Assembly: GCA_036376615.1 (NCBI GenBank) | Contig: DASUZZ010000010.1 | Coordinates: 4,614 to 68,613 of the forward strand | Direction of reading: 5' to 3' | DNA: 64,000 bases | Source of the DNA: Gaiellaceae bacterium | GTDB taxonomy: Bacteria > Actinomycetota > Thermoleophilia > Gaiellales > Gaiellaceae | Shown: piece by piece, positions 1 to 10,111 of the stretch | How positions within the stretch are numbered: position 1 is the first letter of the stretch | How the letters are laid out: each line of letters opens with the position of its first letter | Made by a program: the position numbers and the translations under genes | The notes under the pieces: model-generated | The model's input: only the letters and a program-made list of their open reading frames with translations | The model's database searches: none | What the model was told of the DNA's origin: nothing

Positions 1-73
1 CGCCCTCCACGAGTGCCCCGGGGAGGGACACGATCACGTCGAGAATCAGATCGCCGAGCGCGGTGATGCGCAC
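1..73 (-). CDS. N-terminus of a PfkB-family sugar/ribo-kinase-like protein (partial, runs off window start)
   Basis: Reverse strand from GTG at 73 reads VRITALGDLILDVIVSLPGALVEG, a typical PfkB-kinase opening. Only 24 codons are visible. Confidence 0.3.
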   Translation of the reverse strand, partial: MRITALGDLILDVIVSLPGALVEG

Positions 74-214
74 GCGTACGATGCTCGCATGGAACGGCTC
101 GGGCGCGGCGGCAGGCTCCGCTCGTTCGCGATCGGCGGGCTCGTCGGCGCGGCGGGCGCGATCGCGACCGCACAGCGCGCCGCCTCCCGCTCCCGTCGCC
201 CGCGCGGCGGGCCG

Positions 215-1504
215 TCAGGGCTGGCGGCGTTCGAGGACGCGCCGTGCTTCCTCGAGGCGGTCGCCGGCGAGCCGCGCCCCCATCGTGACGGCGCCGACGC
301 CGGCCCGCCGCTTCGGCGTCTCTGACGTCGGGCGCAGCTGCGTCAGCACCGCGACGACGACGACGATCAGCGCGATCGCGGCGATCTCCACCGCGATCGC
401 GCGCGCGAGGCGCGGCGAGCGCTGCTCGAGCAGCGCGCGGCTCCGGCTCCCCAGCACGAGCAGCGCGGCGAAGAGCAGCGTCTTGACGAGGAGCGCGTGC
501 CCGTACGACGTCGTCCACAGATGGTCGATCCCGCCCAGCTCGGTGAACGCACGGCCGAGGCCCGTGGCCGCGACGACGACGACGGCGATCACCGCCGCCG
601 AGGAGAAGCGGCGCAGGACGGCGCGGCGCTCCCAGGTGTCCCGCGACGCGCGCGGCAGCAGCCAGGACGCCGCCACCAGCCCGCCGAGCCACACCGCCGC
701 CGCCAGCGTGTGGGCGACGTCGAGCAGCGGTGCGAGCACCGTCGGCTGGTCGCGGTCGAGCGCGTGGCCGGCGAGCGCAGGCGCGACGGTCAGCGCCAGC
801 GCGCACCCACCGCTCACGGCGAGCAGCGGCGCGGCGGCGGGCGCGAGCGCGGCGGACGCCGCCCCGACCAGCGCGACCACGACCGCCACCTCGAGGACGA
901 CGTCGAAGCGGGTACCGGACGCGGCGCCGGCCGCGAGCCCGCTCGCTCCGACGAACGCGACGAGCAGCGAGAGGAACAGGAGGCCCGCCAGGGGCCGTCG
1001 CAGACGGGCGCCGAGCAGGCCCCGCGCGAGCAGCGCGAACACGGTCGCGCCGGAGGCGACGAGAAGGCCGAAGTAGTAGAGGGCACGCAGCGCGACGTCG
1101 CGGGCACGGGCGGGCGCGTGTGCGGCGAGCACCGGCTCCGGCGGCGCCGCCGTCGGTCCGACCGCGAACGCGAGCACGCCCTGCTCACGATGGCCGTCCT
1201 CCGAGACGATGCTCCAGCGCACCGTGTACGCGCCGCGCGGAAGGCGCGGACGGAGCGGCAGCAGGAGGACGTGCCCGTGGGCTCGCGCGGCCCCGGCGAG
1301 CACGGAGCGCCGCGACGTGTTCGCGACGGCCGCGTTTCCCGCCGACGCGCGCACCGTGTCGTCGAACTCGACGAGCACCTGGTGCGGCGCGCGCACGACG
1401 TCGGCGCCGTCGGCCGGGACGGTGCGGACGAGCCTCGCGTGTGCCGTCGCGGCCGCGGGCGCGACCAGCGCCGCCAGGACGAGGACGGCGAGGGCGCGCG
1501 CCAC
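215..1504 (-). CDS. Copper resistance CopC-CopD fusion protein (YcnJ-like)
   Basis: 429-aa ORF. A signal peptide is followed by a CopC-type start (AHARLVRTVPADGA...YTVRWSIVSEDGH) and then a multi-TM CopD-like C-terminal half. Confidence 0.85.
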   Translation of the reverse strand: MARALAVLVLAALVAPAAATAHARLVRTVPADGADVVRAPHQVLVEFDDTVRASAGNAAVANTSRRSVLAGAARAHGHVLLLPLRPRLPRGAYTVRWSIVSEDGHREQGVLAFAVGPTAAPPEPVLAAHAPARARDVALRALYYFGLLVASGATVFALLARGLLGARLRRPLAGLLFLSLLVAFVGASGLAAGAASGTRFDVVLEVAVVVALVGAASAALAPAAAPLLAVSGGCALALTVAPALAGHALDRDQPTVLAPLLDVAHTLAAAVWLGGLVAASWLLPRASRDTWERRAVLRRFSSAAVIAVVVVAATGLGRAFTELGGIDHLWTTSYGHALLVKTLLFAALLVLGSRSRALLEQRSPRLARAIAVEIAAIALIVVVVAVLTQLRPTSETPKRRAGVGAVTMGARLAGDRLEEARRVLERRQP

Positions 1505-1542
1505 CGTCGGCGAGCGTACCCGCTGCTAGCCTTGCCGCTCCC

Positions 1543-1848
1543 ATGCCGCTGTACGAATACAAGTGTCCGAACGGGCATCTGTTCGAGGTGATGCACGGCA
1601 TGACGGAGGACGGGCCGGCCGCGTGCGAGGTCTGCGGCGAGGGCCCGCTCCAGCGCGTCCTCTATCCGGTCGCGGTGCACTACAAGGGCAGCGGGTTCTA
1701 CTCGACCGACTACGGGCGGAAGAAGAAGGCCGCCGCCAAGGACGGGGCGGGCTCCTCCGATTCGTCGTCCTCCGGCGAGTCGTCCTCCGGCGACTCCGGC
1801 TCGTCGGATGCGAAGGGCGGCGAGACGAAGAAGGCCGCCGAGGCGTAG
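1543..1848 (+). CDS. FmdB-family zinc-ribbon protein with Ser/Gly/Asp-rich tail
   Basis: ATG 1543 is in frame within ORF 730-1848. MPLYEYKCPNGHLFEV...CEVCG is the FmdB/CxxC zinc-ribbon signature, followed by a low-complexity acidic Ser tail. Confidence 0.8.
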   Translation: MPLYEYKCPNGHLFEVMHGMTEDGPAACEVCGEGPLQRVLYPVAVHYKGSGFYSTDYGRKKKAAAKDGAGSSDSSSSGESSSGDSGSSDAKGGETKKAAEA

Positions 1849-1856
1849 CCCGGCCG

Positions 1857-3017
1857 CTACTGCTGGAGCGGGTGGCCGACCTCGCAGCCGGGATCGAACT
1901 GCCCGGCCGGCGGCTGCGGCGCCGACTTGCCGAGGAACATCGCGATCGTCGCCGGGTTGTCCTCGCTCGGGGCGCCCGTGCCGCCACCGCCGAAGTCGCC
2001 GCCGAGCCGGCAGTGCACGGAGCTCGACTCGTTCGAGCGGAACTTGATCCAGCCGAGCTGCAGCAGCTGGCTCGTCGTCAGGTCGGTGGTCAGCGGCTTC
2101 ACGAACGACGAGCCCGAGAACGGCATGTCGATCAGGGTGCCGAACGAGGTGAGCTTCGACGCGACTGCGTTCAGCACCGCCTGCTGGCGCGCGCCGCGCG
2201 TGAAGTCGGTCTCCGACGGGTCGAGCTGGTTCTCGCGGATCCGCGAGTAGATGAGCGCGCGCTCCCCGTTCATGTGCTGCGTCCCCTTCGCGAAGCGCCA
2301 GCCGGGCCAGCGGTCGCAGCGCGCCTGGGTCGAGTAGGGGCAGTCGAAGCGGTTGGAGCGAATCGGCTTCGGCACGTCGACGTCGATGCCGCCGAGCGCG
2401 TCGATCAGGTCCTTGAAGTCGGCGAAGTTGACGACGACGACGTGGTTGATCGGCAGGCTCGTGAACTGGTGGATCGTCCTGATCGCCAGCGCCGGCCCGC
2501 CGATCTGGAACGCCGCGTTGATCTTCTGCGTCGGAGCACCCGGGATCGGGACGACGAGGTCGCGCGGGACCGAGAGGTAGTAGAGACGGTGGTGCGACGG
2601 ATCGGTGCGCATCAGGAGGATCGAGTCGGAGTGCCGGTCTCCCTCACGTCCGCCGATGCGGGCGTTGTCGGTTCCGAGCAGCAGGATCGTCGTCGAGTGC
2701 GAGAGGAGCAGGCCGTTCTGGTGCGCCAGGGCGAGCTTCGCATTCGGATCGAGCCGCGCGTTCGCGTCCGAGACGCCGCTCGAGACGGCGAACCAGCTCG
2801 CGATCGCCCAGACGATCACCACGAGCAGCAGCACGAGCACGATCAGCAGCGCGAGGCGCCCGCGGCCGATGCGCCGCCTCTTCGGGACCGCTCCCGGGCC
2901 GCGGTAGTCGTCGGGTGTGCCGGAACGAGCAGGACGACCGGGCCGCGCCGGTGCCGGAACCTTTCCCTTGACGCGTCCGCCGCGATAAAGGCGGTACGGC
3001 TTCGGCTCCGTCGCCAT
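1857..3017 (-). CDS. LytR-CpsA-Psr (LCP) family cell-envelope phosphotransferase
   Basis: 386 aa with an N-terminal TM anchor. The LCP core is LLLGTDNR...RSDSILLMRTDP...YLSVPRDL...INAAF...VVVNFADFKDLIDALGGIDVDV. Confidence 0.85.
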   Translation of the reverse strand: MATEPKPYRLYRGGRVKGKVPAPARPGRPARSGTPDDYRGPGAVPKRRRIGRGRLALLIVLVLLLVVIVWAIASWFAVSSGVSDANARLDPNAKLALAHQNGLLLSHSTTILLLGTDNARIGGREGDRHSDSILLMRTDPSHHRLYYLSVPRDLVVPIPGAPTQKINAAFQIGGPALAIRTIHQFTSLPINHVVVVNFADFKDLIDALGGIDVDVPKPIRSNRFDCPYSTQARCDRWPGWRFAKGTQHMNGERALIYSRIRENQLDPSETDFTRGARQQAVLNAVASKLTSFGTLIDMPFSGSSFVKPLTTDLTTSQLLQLGWIKFRSNESSSVHCRLGGDFGGGGTGAPSEDNPATIAMFLGKSAPQPPAGQFDPGCEVGHPLQQ

Positions 3018-3026
3018 CCGGCGGGT

Positions 3027-3032
3027 TAGGTT
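3027..3032 (+). promoter_or_regulatory. -10-like hexamer TAGGTT, 11 nt upstream of the glucokinase ATG (near-leaderless transcript candidate)
   Basis: TANNNT match in a 26-nt divergent gap with no Shine-Dalgarno sequence before ATG 3044. Confidence 0.25.
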
Positions 3033-3043
3033 ACCGAGCGCAG

Positions 3044-3919
3044 ATGAAGGAACAGCGCGTGATCGGGGTCGATCTCGGCGGCACCAAGATCCTCGCGGGC
3101 GTGATCGATTCCGACGGGCGGCTGCACGAGACGGTCGAGCGGCCGACGGTCACGACCTCGCAGACGGCGCTGCTCGACGAGCTCGCCGACGTCGTCCGGT
3201 CGCTTCCGGTCGACGACGCGGCCGCCGTCGGGTTCGGGATCCCGTCGCGGATCGACCACCGCACGGGCATCGCGCTCGGCGCCGTCAACATCCCGCTGCG
3301 CGAGGTGCCGTTCCTCGCCGAGATGGAGCGGCGTCTCGAGCGGCCGGTGGCGATGGAGAACGACGCCAGCTGCGCCGCCTACGCCGAGTTCAGGCACGGC
3401 GCCGGGCGCGGAGCGGAGAACTTCGTGATGCTGACGCTCGGGACCGGCGTGGGCGGCGGGGTGATCGCCGGCGGCGCCCTGCTCCAGGCGTGGACGGAGC
3501 TCGGCCACATGGTGATCGTCGAGGACGGCGAGCCTTGCTCCGGCGCGTGCTCGGGTCGCGGCCACGTCGAGGCGTACTGCTCGGGCCGCGCCGTCGACCG
3601 GCTCGCGCGCGACCTGCTCGGCCCGGGCGCGACGGCGCACGATCTCGTCGACGACCGAAACCCCGTCCTCGAGCAGGTCGGGTACCACCTCGGGGTCGCG
3701 ATGGGCTCGCTCGTCAACATCTTCGGCGCGGAGCGGATCGTGATCGGCGGCGGCTTCGGGGTCGGCGCGTTCGAGCTGCTGCTCCCGAGCGCGCGGCTCG
3801 CCGTGCTCACCGAGGCGCTCGCGCCCGCGGGCCAGCAGCTCGAGATCGAGCGTGCGGAGCTCGGCGCCTCGGCGGGCGTCATCGGGGCCGCGCTCATCGC
3901 GGTCGAGACGCTGGACTGA
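3044..3919 (+). CDS. ROK-family glucokinase
   Basis: 291 aa. N-terminal VIGVDLGGTKILAGV ATP-binding motif, with ROK-type Cys/His cluster CSGACSGRGHVEAYCSG. Confidence 0.85.
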   Translation: MKEQRVIGVDLGGTKILAGVIDSDGRLHETVERPTVTTSQTALLDELADVVRSLPVDDAAAVGFGIPSRIDHRTGIALGAVNIPLREVPFLAEMERRLERPVAMENDASCAAYAEFRHGAGRGAENFVMLTLGTGVGGGVIAGGALLQAWTELGHMVIVEDGEPCSGACSGRGHVEAYCSGRAVDRLARDLLGPGATAHDLVDDRNPVLEQVGYHLGVAMGSLVNIFGAERIVIGGGFGVGAFELLLPSARLAVLTEALAPAGQQLEIERAELGASAGVIGAALIAVETLD

Positions 3920-3930
3920 CCGCGCGCGCC

Positions 3931-4731
3931 GTGCCGCTCGCAATCTGCGCGACGCCGATCGGAAACCTCGAGGACGTCACCCTGCGCGTCCTCGCCGAGC
4001 TGCGTGATGCCGACCTCGTCCTTGCCGAGGACACGCGCCACACGCGCACGCTGCTCGAGCGCCACGACATCCGGGCGAAGCTGCTCTCCTACCAGGCGCA
4101 CAACGAGGAGGCCCGGCTCCGCGAGGTGCTGCCCCGCCTCGAGTCCGGCGAGCGAATCACACTCGTGTCCGACGCCGGACTCCCGGGCATCTCCGATCCC
4201 GGCATGCGGCTGGTGCGCGCGGCGCGCGACGCGGGCGTCGCCGTCACCGTCCTGCCCGGTCCTTCGGCTGCAACCACCGCACTGGTCGCGAGTGGCCTCG
4301 ACGAGACGCGGTTCATGTTCGTTGGGTTCCTGCCGCGGCGGGATGTCGAGCGCGATCGGCTGTGGGAGTCGCTCGCGGCGTGGGAGGGGGCGATCGTCGC
4401 CTACGAGTCGCCGCGCCGCCTCGCCGCAACGCTCCGCTCGCTGGCGCGCCACGACCCCGCACGAACGGTGGTGGTGTGCCGCGAGCTGACGAAGCGCTAC
4501 GAGGAGGTGGTGCACGGCACCGCCGCGGAGCTCGCCGAGCGCTTCGCCGGCCCGGTGAAGGGCGAGATCACGCTCGTCCTCGGGTCGGCGGCGCCGAGGT
4601 CCGACCCTGCCGACGCCCTTGCGGCCGTGCGGGAGCTCGTGGCGGCGGGCGCCCCGCGCGGGGCGGCCGCCGAGGTCGTCGCGCGGCTGACCGGCACGCC
4701 GCGCAACGAGCTCTACCGCGGCACTCTGTGA
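3931..4731 (+). CDS. rsmI: 16S rRNA (cytidine1402-2'-O)-methyltransferase
   Basis: GTG 3931 is in frame with ORF 3490-4731. PIGNLEDVTLRVLAELRDADLVLAEDTRHTRTLL and SDAGLPGISDPG are RsmI signatures. Confidence 0.9.
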   Translation: MPLAICATPIGNLEDVTLRVLAELRDADLVLAEDTRHTRTLLERHDIRAKLLSYQAHNEEARLREVLPRLESGERITLVSDAGLPGISDPGMRLVRAARDAGVAVTVLPGPSAATTALVASGLDETRFMFVGFLPRRDVERDRLWESLAAWEGAIVAYESPRRLAATLRSLARHDPARTVVVCRELTKRYEEVVHGTAAELAERFAGPVKGEITLVLGSAAPRSDPADALAAVRELVAAGAPRGAAAEVVARLTGTPRNELYRGTL

Positions 4732-4748
4732 CAACTTCGTGAACTCGC

Positions 4749-4778
4749 TTGACGCCGTGTGCGGCCTGCGCCTACCGT
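4749..4778 (+). promoter_or_regulatory. Candidate housekeeping-sigma promoter TTGACG-N18-TACCGT upstream of the M23 peptidase
   Basis: The -35 (4749-4754) and -10 (4773-4778) lie in the rsmI-M23 intergenic region. A GGGAGG Shine-Dalgarno sits 7 nt before ATG 4830. Confidence 0.35.
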
Positions 4779-4829
4779 GCGTGCGAACAGACGTTCTCCG
4801 ATCTGACAACACTCGCCCGGGAGGTGCTC

Positions 4830-6242
4830 ATGCGATTCTCGCTGCCGCTGGTCGCGCTGGCCTCGCTCGTCCTCGCCCACGGCGCCGCCGCCTGGACGTG
4901 GCCGGCGAGCGGCGACGTGGTGCAGGCGTACTCCTTCGACCCGGCGCATCCCTACGACGCCGGGCAGCACCGCGGCATCGACGTCGCCGGCGATGCCGGA
5001 GCGACGGTCGTGGCGCCGGAGGAAGGCTCCGTCTCGTTCGCCGGGACGGTCCCTTCCTCCGGCAAGAGCGTCACGATCCTCACGCCCGACGGCTATGCCG
5101 TCACGCTCACGCATCTCGGCACGCTCCTCGTCGCGAAGGGCACGACCGTCGGCGAGGGCGGCGCGGTGGGCACGATCGGGCCGAGCGGCGACGCGGAGGT
5201 GGCGGTGCCGTACGTCCACCTCGGCATCCGCCTCGCCGCCGACGACCAGGGCTACCTCGACCCGGGTTCGCTCCTGCCCCCGCGGACGGCGCCCGCGCCT
5301 CCCGTGCCGCCTGCGCCCGCTCCGGCGCCCGCGCCTGCGGCCCCGGCGGTCGCCCCGGCACCGGAGGCTCCACCGGCCGTCCCGGCGACGCCGCCCGTCG
5401 CCGTCCCGCCCGCCGGGCAACCGGCCGCGACGGTGCCCGGAGACACAACGGGGCCGGTCTCCGGCGCGATCGCGCCTGCGTCGGCGACGACGGCCGCGCA
5501 CGCACCGCCGGTCGCGGCGGTTCCGCGGAACCGCGCCGTCGCGACACCACGAGCCGTGCGCGCTGCCCGCTCCGCGAGGCCGGTCGTCGTCCCGGCTGCT
5601 CGGGCGCCCGGCCCGGAGGGGACGAGCCCGCCCGTGGTGCGCCCTGCCGCCCGCGTGCGCGCGGCCGCGTCGCATCGGGCCGACGTACGGCCGCGCATTC
5701 CCGCGCCGGCGACGCCGGTCGCTCGCGCGACGCGCCCGGTGACGGTGTCCCGGCGACCGGCGCCCGCGCGGCGGGAGCCCGTGCCGCGTGCGACGCCGCC
5801 GCCCGCTGCGTTCGCGCCCCTCGCAGCCGACCCGCGCGACCGCTCGACCGTCCCGGTGCGTGCTCCGCAGCCGCCGGCGACGGCCGTCCCGGCCACGCGC
5901 CGGACAGTGCCCGTCCCCGCGCTCGGGCTCGGGGCGGCGACGCTGGTCGCGTGTGCGCTGTTCGGCTGCGTGGTGCTCCGGCGGCGACGGAGTGAGGCGG
6001 CGAGACCCGTTCGTATGATTGCCGCCAGTGTCGAGCGGCCCGAAGAAGGTCCTGGTGGCGCCTGCGTGGCCGTATGCGGCGGGGTTCCGGCACCTTGGGC
6101 ACGCAGCGGCGTACGTGCCGTTCGACGTGTTCGCGCGCTACCACCGGCTCAAGGGAGACGACGTGCTCGCGGTGAGTGGGACGGACGAGCACGGCACGCC
6201 CGTGATGGTGGCCGCCGACAGAGAGGGGAAGTCCTACCGTGA
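4830..6242 (+). CDS. M23 (LytM-type) metallopeptidase with Pro/Ala-rich linker and C-terminal TM anchor
   Basis: ATG 4830 has a Shine-Dalgarno sequence. A signal peptide [21 protein letters not shown] is followed by the motifs HRGIDVAG and PYVHLGIR. A long PAPAPAP linker and a TM segment ([19 protein letters not shown]) follow. The frame has no stop until 6242, inside metG. Confidence 0.8.
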   Translation: MRFSLPLVALASLVLAHGAAAWTWPASGDVVQAYSFDPAHPYDAGQHRGIDVAGDAGATVVAPEEGSVSFAGTVPSSGKSVTILTPDGYAVTLTHLGTLLVAKGTTVGEGGAVGTIGPSGDAEVAVPYVHLGIRLAADDQGYLDPGSLLPPRTAPAPPVPPAPAPAPAPAAPAVAPAPEAPPAVPATPPVAVPPAGQPAATVPGDTTGPVSGAIAPASATTAAHAPPVAAVPRNRAVATPRAVRAARSARPVVVPAARAPGPEGTSPPVVRPAARVRAAASHRADVRPRIPAPATPVARATRPVTVSRRPAPARREPVPRATPPPAAFAPLAADPRDRSTVPVRAPQPPATAVPATRRTVPVPALGLGAATLVACALFGCVVLRRRRSEAARPVRMIAASVERPEEGPGGACVAVCGGVPAPWARSGVRAVRRVRALPPAQGRRRARGEWDGRARHARDGGRRQRGEVLP

Positions 6243-7818
6243 GGTGGCCGACTTCTACAACGCTGCGCATCGCGAGGACTTCCGCAAGCTCGGCTTTACG
6301 TACGACTGCTTCACGCGCACCACCACCCGCAACCACGAGCGCGTCACGCAGGATCTGTTCGCGACGCTGTACGCGCACGGGGCGATCTTCGAACGCGCGC
6401 AGCTCGTTTCGTTCTCGCCGACGACCGGCCACACGCTCCCCGACCGGTACATCGAGGGGACCTGCCCGATCTGCGGCTACCCGCAGGCGCGCGGCGACCA
6501 GTGCGACAACTGCGGCAACCAGCTCGACCCGACCGACCTGATCGACCCGCACTCGAAGATCGACGGCTCGGTGCCGGAGTTCCGCGAGACGAAGCACCTC
6601 TTCCTCGACCTGCCGCGCTTCGCCGAGACGCTCCGCGGGTGGATCCGGGGCCACGACGCGTGGCGGCCGAACGTCCGCAACTTCTCGCTCGGCCTGCTCG
6701 ACGAGATCCGGCCGCGGCCGATCACCCGCGACCTCGACTGGGGCGTGCCCATTCCGGTTCCTGGCTACGCCGACGATCCGAACAAGCGCATCTACGTCTG
6801 GTTCGACGCCGTGATCGGCTACCTCTCGGCGAGCATCGAGTGGGCCTCGCTCCAGGACGACCCCGATCGCTGGCGCGAGTGGTGGCAGACCGAGGACACG
6901 TTGCACGCGTACTTCCAGGGGAAGGACAACATCGTCTTCCACACCGTGATCTGGCCGTCGATCCTGCTCGGCTACGAGGGCGGCGGCGAAGTCGGCGCCG
7001 GCCGGCCCCTGCACCTGCCGGACGACGTGTTCGCGACGGAGTACCTGACGATGGAGAACAAGAAGTTCTCGTCGAGCCGGTCCCAGGGGATCCTCCTGGG
7101 CGACTTCCTCGAGCGCTACGAGCCGGACCCGCTGCGGTACTACCTGGTCGCCGCGAGCCCCGAGACGCAGGACGCCGACTTCACGTGGGCCGATTTCGTC
7201 CGCCGCACCAACGACGAGCTGCTCGCCAACTGGGGCAACCTCGTCAACCGGACCGTGACGAACGCGCACCGCAACTTCGGCGCGGTGCCCGAGCCGGGCT
7301 CGCTCGAGCCGGCCGACGAGGCGCTACTCGCGACGGTCGACGGGGGTTTCGCCGCCGTCGGCGACCACATCGAGCACGGGCGGTTCCGGGCAGCCCTCGG
7401 AGAGGCGATGCGGCTCGCCTCGCAGGTGAACCAGTACCTCTCCGACCAGGCCCCGTGGGCGCTCGTGAAGACCGATCGAGCCCGTGCGGGAACCGTCCTC
7501 TACGTCTCGCTGCGCGCGGTCGACAGCCTGAAGACGATCTTCACGCCGTTCCTGCCACACACCTCGCAGCTCGTGCACGAGCTGCTCGGCTACGACGGCT
7601 GGATCGCCGGCCCGCTCGAGTTCCGCACCGTCGGCGACGGAGCCGACACGCACGAGATCCTGACCGGCGACTACTCGGGCTGGGTGGGGAGCTGGTCGCC
7701 GAGTGAGCTGCTGCCGGGCCAGGAGCTTCGCGAGCCGAAGCCGCTCTTCCGGAAGCTCGACGAGTCGATCGTCGAGGAGGAGCTCCGCCGCATGGCCGCC
7801 GACGGCGCCGGCGCGTGA
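6019..7818 (+). CDS. metG: Methionine--tRNA ligase
   Basis: 599 aa. HLGH (HIGH) motif, Zn knuckle [18 protein letters not shown], and KFSSSRS (KMSKS-like) motif. Confidence 0.95.
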   Translation: MPPVSSGPKKVLVAPAWPYAAGFRHLGHAAAYVPFDVFARYHRLKGDDVLAVSGTDEHGTPVMVAADREGKSYREVADFYNAAHREDFRKLGFTYDCFTRTTTRNHERVTQDLFATLYAHGAIFERAQLVSFSPTTGHTLPDRYIEGTCPICGYPQARGDQCDNCGNQLDPTDLIDPHSKIDGSVPEFRETKHLFLDLPRFAETLRGWIRGHDAWRPNVRNFSLGLLDEIRPRPITRDLDWGVPIPVPGYADDPNKRIYVWFDAVIGYLSASIEWASLQDDPDRWREWWQTEDTLHAYFQGKDNIVFHTVIWPSILLGYEGGGEVGAGRPLHLPDDVFATEYLTMENKKFSSSRSQGILLGDFLERYEPDPLRYYLVAASPETQDADFTWADFVRRTNDELLANWGNLVNRTVTNAHRNFGAVPEPGSLEPADEALLATVDGGFAAVGDHIEHGRFRAALGEAMRLASQVNQYLSDQAPWALVKTDRARAGTVLYVSLRAVDSLKTIFTPFLPHTSQLVHELLGYDGWIAGPLEFRTVGDGADTHEILTGDYSGWVGSWSPSELLPGQELREPKPLFRKLDESIVEEELRRMAADGAGA

Positions 7819-8549
7819 TCGACACCCACGCGCACCTCGGCGAGGACGCGGCCGAGGTGCTCGACCGCGCGCGCGCGGCCGGCGTGACTCGCATCGTCGC
7901 CGTCGCGACGACGGTGGCCGACGCGCACGGTGTGCTGGCGCTCGCCGACGCCGAGGACGGGGTGTACGCCGCGCTCGGCATCCATCCGCACGAGGCGGGA
8001 ACCGCGCGCGAGGCCGACGTCGACGAGCTGCGTGCGCTGCTGTCCCATCCCAGGGTCGTCGCCGTCGGCGAGACGGGCCTCGACCACTTCCGGGACTATG
8101 CGCCGCGCGATGCGCAGCGCTGGCTCTTCGAGGCGCAGCTCGGGCTCGCGGCCGAGTGGGGGAAGCCCGTCGTGATCCACACCCGCGCCGCCGACGACGA
8201 CACGCTGGAGATGTTGCGTGCCCACGATGGAGCGGTCGTCCTCCACTGCTTCTCGTCGCCGCCGCTGCTCGCCGAGGCGTCGCGGCGCGGCTGGTACGTC
8301 TCCTTCGCCGGGAACGTCACCTACAAGAACGCGTACGACCTGCGTTCCTCCGCACGCGCGGTGGCGTCCGACCGGCTGCTCGCGGAGACGGACAGCCCGT
8401 ACCTCGCGCCCCAGCCGGTCCGGGGACGCCGCAACGAGCCCGCGTTCGTCGTCCATACGTATCGCGCGCTCGCGGAGGCTCGCGGCGTCGAGCTCGACGC
8501 GCTCGTCGCGCGGGTCGACGCGAACGCCGACGCCGTCTTTGCGCTGTGA
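7815..8549 (+). CDS. TatD-family metal-dependent hydrolase/DNase (YabD-like)
   Basis: The start MIDTHAHL is typical. A GTGA overlap joins it to the metG stop. Confidence 0.9.
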   Translation: MIDTHAHLGEDAAEVLDRARAAGVTRIVAVATTVADAHGVLALADAEDGVYAALGIHPHEAGTAREADVDELRALLSHPRVVAVGETGLDHFRDYAPRDAQRWLFEAQLGLAAEWGKPVVIHTRAADDDTLEMLRAHDGAVVLHCFSSPPLLAEASRRGWYVSFAGNVTYKNAYDLRSSARAVASDRLLAETDSPYLAPQPVRGRRNEPAFVVHTYRALAEARGVELDALVARVDANADAVFAL

Positions 8550-9304
8550 GCGTCCGCCCCCGGAAGGCACTGGGCCAGCACTTCCTCGCCGACGCCAACA
8601 TCCTCGGCGTGATCGAGCGGCTCGCGTCGCTCGCGCCGGAGGACGTCGTGCTCGAGGTCGGCCCCGGCCTCGGTGTGCTCACCCGCTTCCTCGCTGAGCG
8701 CGTCGCCCTGGTGCACGCGGTCGAGGTCGACCGGCGCCTCGAGGGCGAGCTCGCCGGGATCCCGCGCGCGGTGATCCACTGGGGCGATGCGCTCGCCGTC
8801 GACCCGTCGCAGCTGGAGCCGAGCCCACGCAAGCTCGTCGCGAACCTGCCGTACAACATCGCGACGCCGCTCGTCGTCGAGAGCCTCTCGTTCGAGCCGC
8901 TCGACCTGTGGTGCGTGATGGTGCAGCGCGAGGTCGCCGACCGCTTCTTCGCCGAGCCGTCGACGAAGGCGTACGGTGCAGTCTCGGTGCTCATCCAGCT
9001 GGCGGTGACACGCACCGGCTTTCATCCCGTGTCGCGCGAGGTGTTCCGTCCGCGCCCGAATGTCGAGTCGGCGCTCGTCGCCTTCCGGCGCACCGGCGCC
9101 GGAGCGGGGCCGCAGGTGAAGCGCGTGGTCGAGGCCGCCTTCTCGCACCGCAGGAAGACGCTCGCGAACGCGGTAGCGCTCGCCGGGGTCGCGTCACGGC
9201 AGCAGGCGGTCGCCGCGCTTGCCGCGATCGGCCGTCGCGACGGCGCGCGGGCGGAGGAGCTCGCCCCGGGCGAGTTCGTCGCGCTCGCGGAGGCGCTCGC
9301 ATGA
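8546..9304 (+). CDS. rsmA: 16S rRNA (adenine1518/1519-N6)-dimethyltransferase
   Basis: GTG 8546 overlaps the tatD-like stop. ALGQHFLADANILGVI and VLEVGPGLGVLT are the KsgA SAM-binding motifs. Confidence 0.93.
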   Translation: MSVRPRKALGQHFLADANILGVIERLASLAPEDVVLEVGPGLGVLTRFLAERVALVHAVEVDRRLEGELAGIPRAVIHWGDALAVDPSQLEPSPRKLVANLPYNIATPLVVESLSFEPLDLWCVMVQREVADRFFAEPSTKAYGAVSVLIQLAVTRTGFHPVSREVFRPRPNVESALVAFRRTGAGAGPQVKRVVEAAFSHRRKTLANAVALAGVASRQQAVAALAAIGRRDGARAEELAPGEFVALAEALA

Positions 9305-10098
9305 TCGCGTCGGCGCCGGCGAAGATCAACCTGTCGCTGGTCGTCGGGCCCCGTCGGGACGACGGCATGCACGAGCTGCTCACCGTCTACCAGCGCGTCG
9401 CGCTCGCCGACACGATCGCCGTCGAGCCCGCGCCGGCGACGACGGTCGAGGGGTTCGCCGACGACACGCTCGTCGCCGCCGCGCTGGCGTCGCTCGACGC
9501 CCCACACGGCTGGCGCGCAGAGATCGAGAAGCACGTTCCGGTGGCGGCGGGGCTCGGCGGCGGCAGCTCCGACGCCGCGGCGGCGCTGCGGCTCGGCAAC
9601 GCGCAGCTCGAGCGGCCGCTCGACGACGCCCGGCTGCGCGAGCTCGCCCTGCGCCTCGGCGCCGACGTCCCTTTCTTCCTCGTCGAAGGGCCGCAGCTCG
9701 GAAGCGGCGTCGGTGCGACGTTCGAGCCGCTCAGCTTGCCGCAGGACTTCGTCGTGCTTCTGCTGCTGCCCGACGGCGCCCGGAAGACCTCGACCGGCGC
9801 GGTGTACGACGCGTTCGACGCGCGCGGCGGCGGGGACGGGTTCGCGGCGCGCGCGCAGACGCTGCGCGACACGGTCGCGCGCGCTTCGGAGGCCGCGGAC
9901 CTCTCCGGGCTGCCGCCGAACGACCTCGCAAGCTCACCCCTGACCGGGACGCTGCTCGAGCTCGGCGCCTTCCGCGCCGACGTGAGCGGTGCCGGACCGG
10001 TCGTCTACGCGCTCTTCGAGGAGCGGTCCGCCGCGGACCGTGCGCGGGCCGCATCAGGGCATCTCGGCGACTGCTGGGTCACCGAACCAGCGTGGTAG
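9301..10098 (+). CDS. ispE: 4-(cytidine 5'-diphospho)-2-C-methyl-D-erythritol kinase
   Basis: ATG 9301 overlaps the rsmA stop (ATGA). APAKINLSLVVGPRRDDGMHEL and the GHMP motif PVAAGLGGGSSDAAA are present. Confidence 0.9.
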   Translation: MIASAPAKINLSLVVGPRRDDGMHELLTVYQRVALADTIAVEPAPATTVEGFADDTLVAAALASLDAPHGWRAEIEKHVPVAAGLGGGSSDAAAALRLGNAQLERPLDDARLRELALRLGADVPFFLVEGPQLGSGVGATFEPLSLPQDFVVLLLLPDGARKTSTGAVYDAFDARGGGDGFAARAQTLRDTVARASEAADLSGLPPNDLASSPLTGTLLELGAFRADVSGAGPVVYALFEERSAADRARAASGHLGDCWVTEPAW

Positions 10099-10111
10099 CG
10101 TGGACCGCGAG

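Noticed and set aside
89-325. A 78-aa forward ORF with a glycine-zipper-like stretch (FAIGGLVGAAGAIA).
   Set aside because: Its 3' half overlaps the well-supported CopCD gene end, its composition is shadow-ORF-like, and no family is recognised.
63-1076. Long Arg/Ala/Ser/Pro-rich ORFs on alternative frames or strands. Examples: 63-1076, 497-1591, 5107-7269, 10079-12094, 14729-17410, 25457-29275 (N-terminal part), 25881-28238, 33028-34698, 44600-47005, 47321-51136, 59890-62757.
   Set aside because: These are shadow ORFs of recognisable genes in GC-rich DNA. They have low-complexity composition and no family motifs, and each overlaps a strongly supported gene over its full length.
4732-4829. 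Possible c-di-AMP (ydaO-type) riboswitch upstream of the cell-wall M23 hydrolase.
   Set aside because: The leader is only about 50-98 nt, and I could not find the conserved ydaO pseudo-twofold helices or ACGGGGA-type motifs. It is better explained as a promoter plus Shine-Dalgarno.
5990-6030. T-box or other leader upstream of metG.
   Set aside because: There is no intergenic space, because metG starts inside the M23 peptidase ORF. No specifier or T-box sequence is visible.
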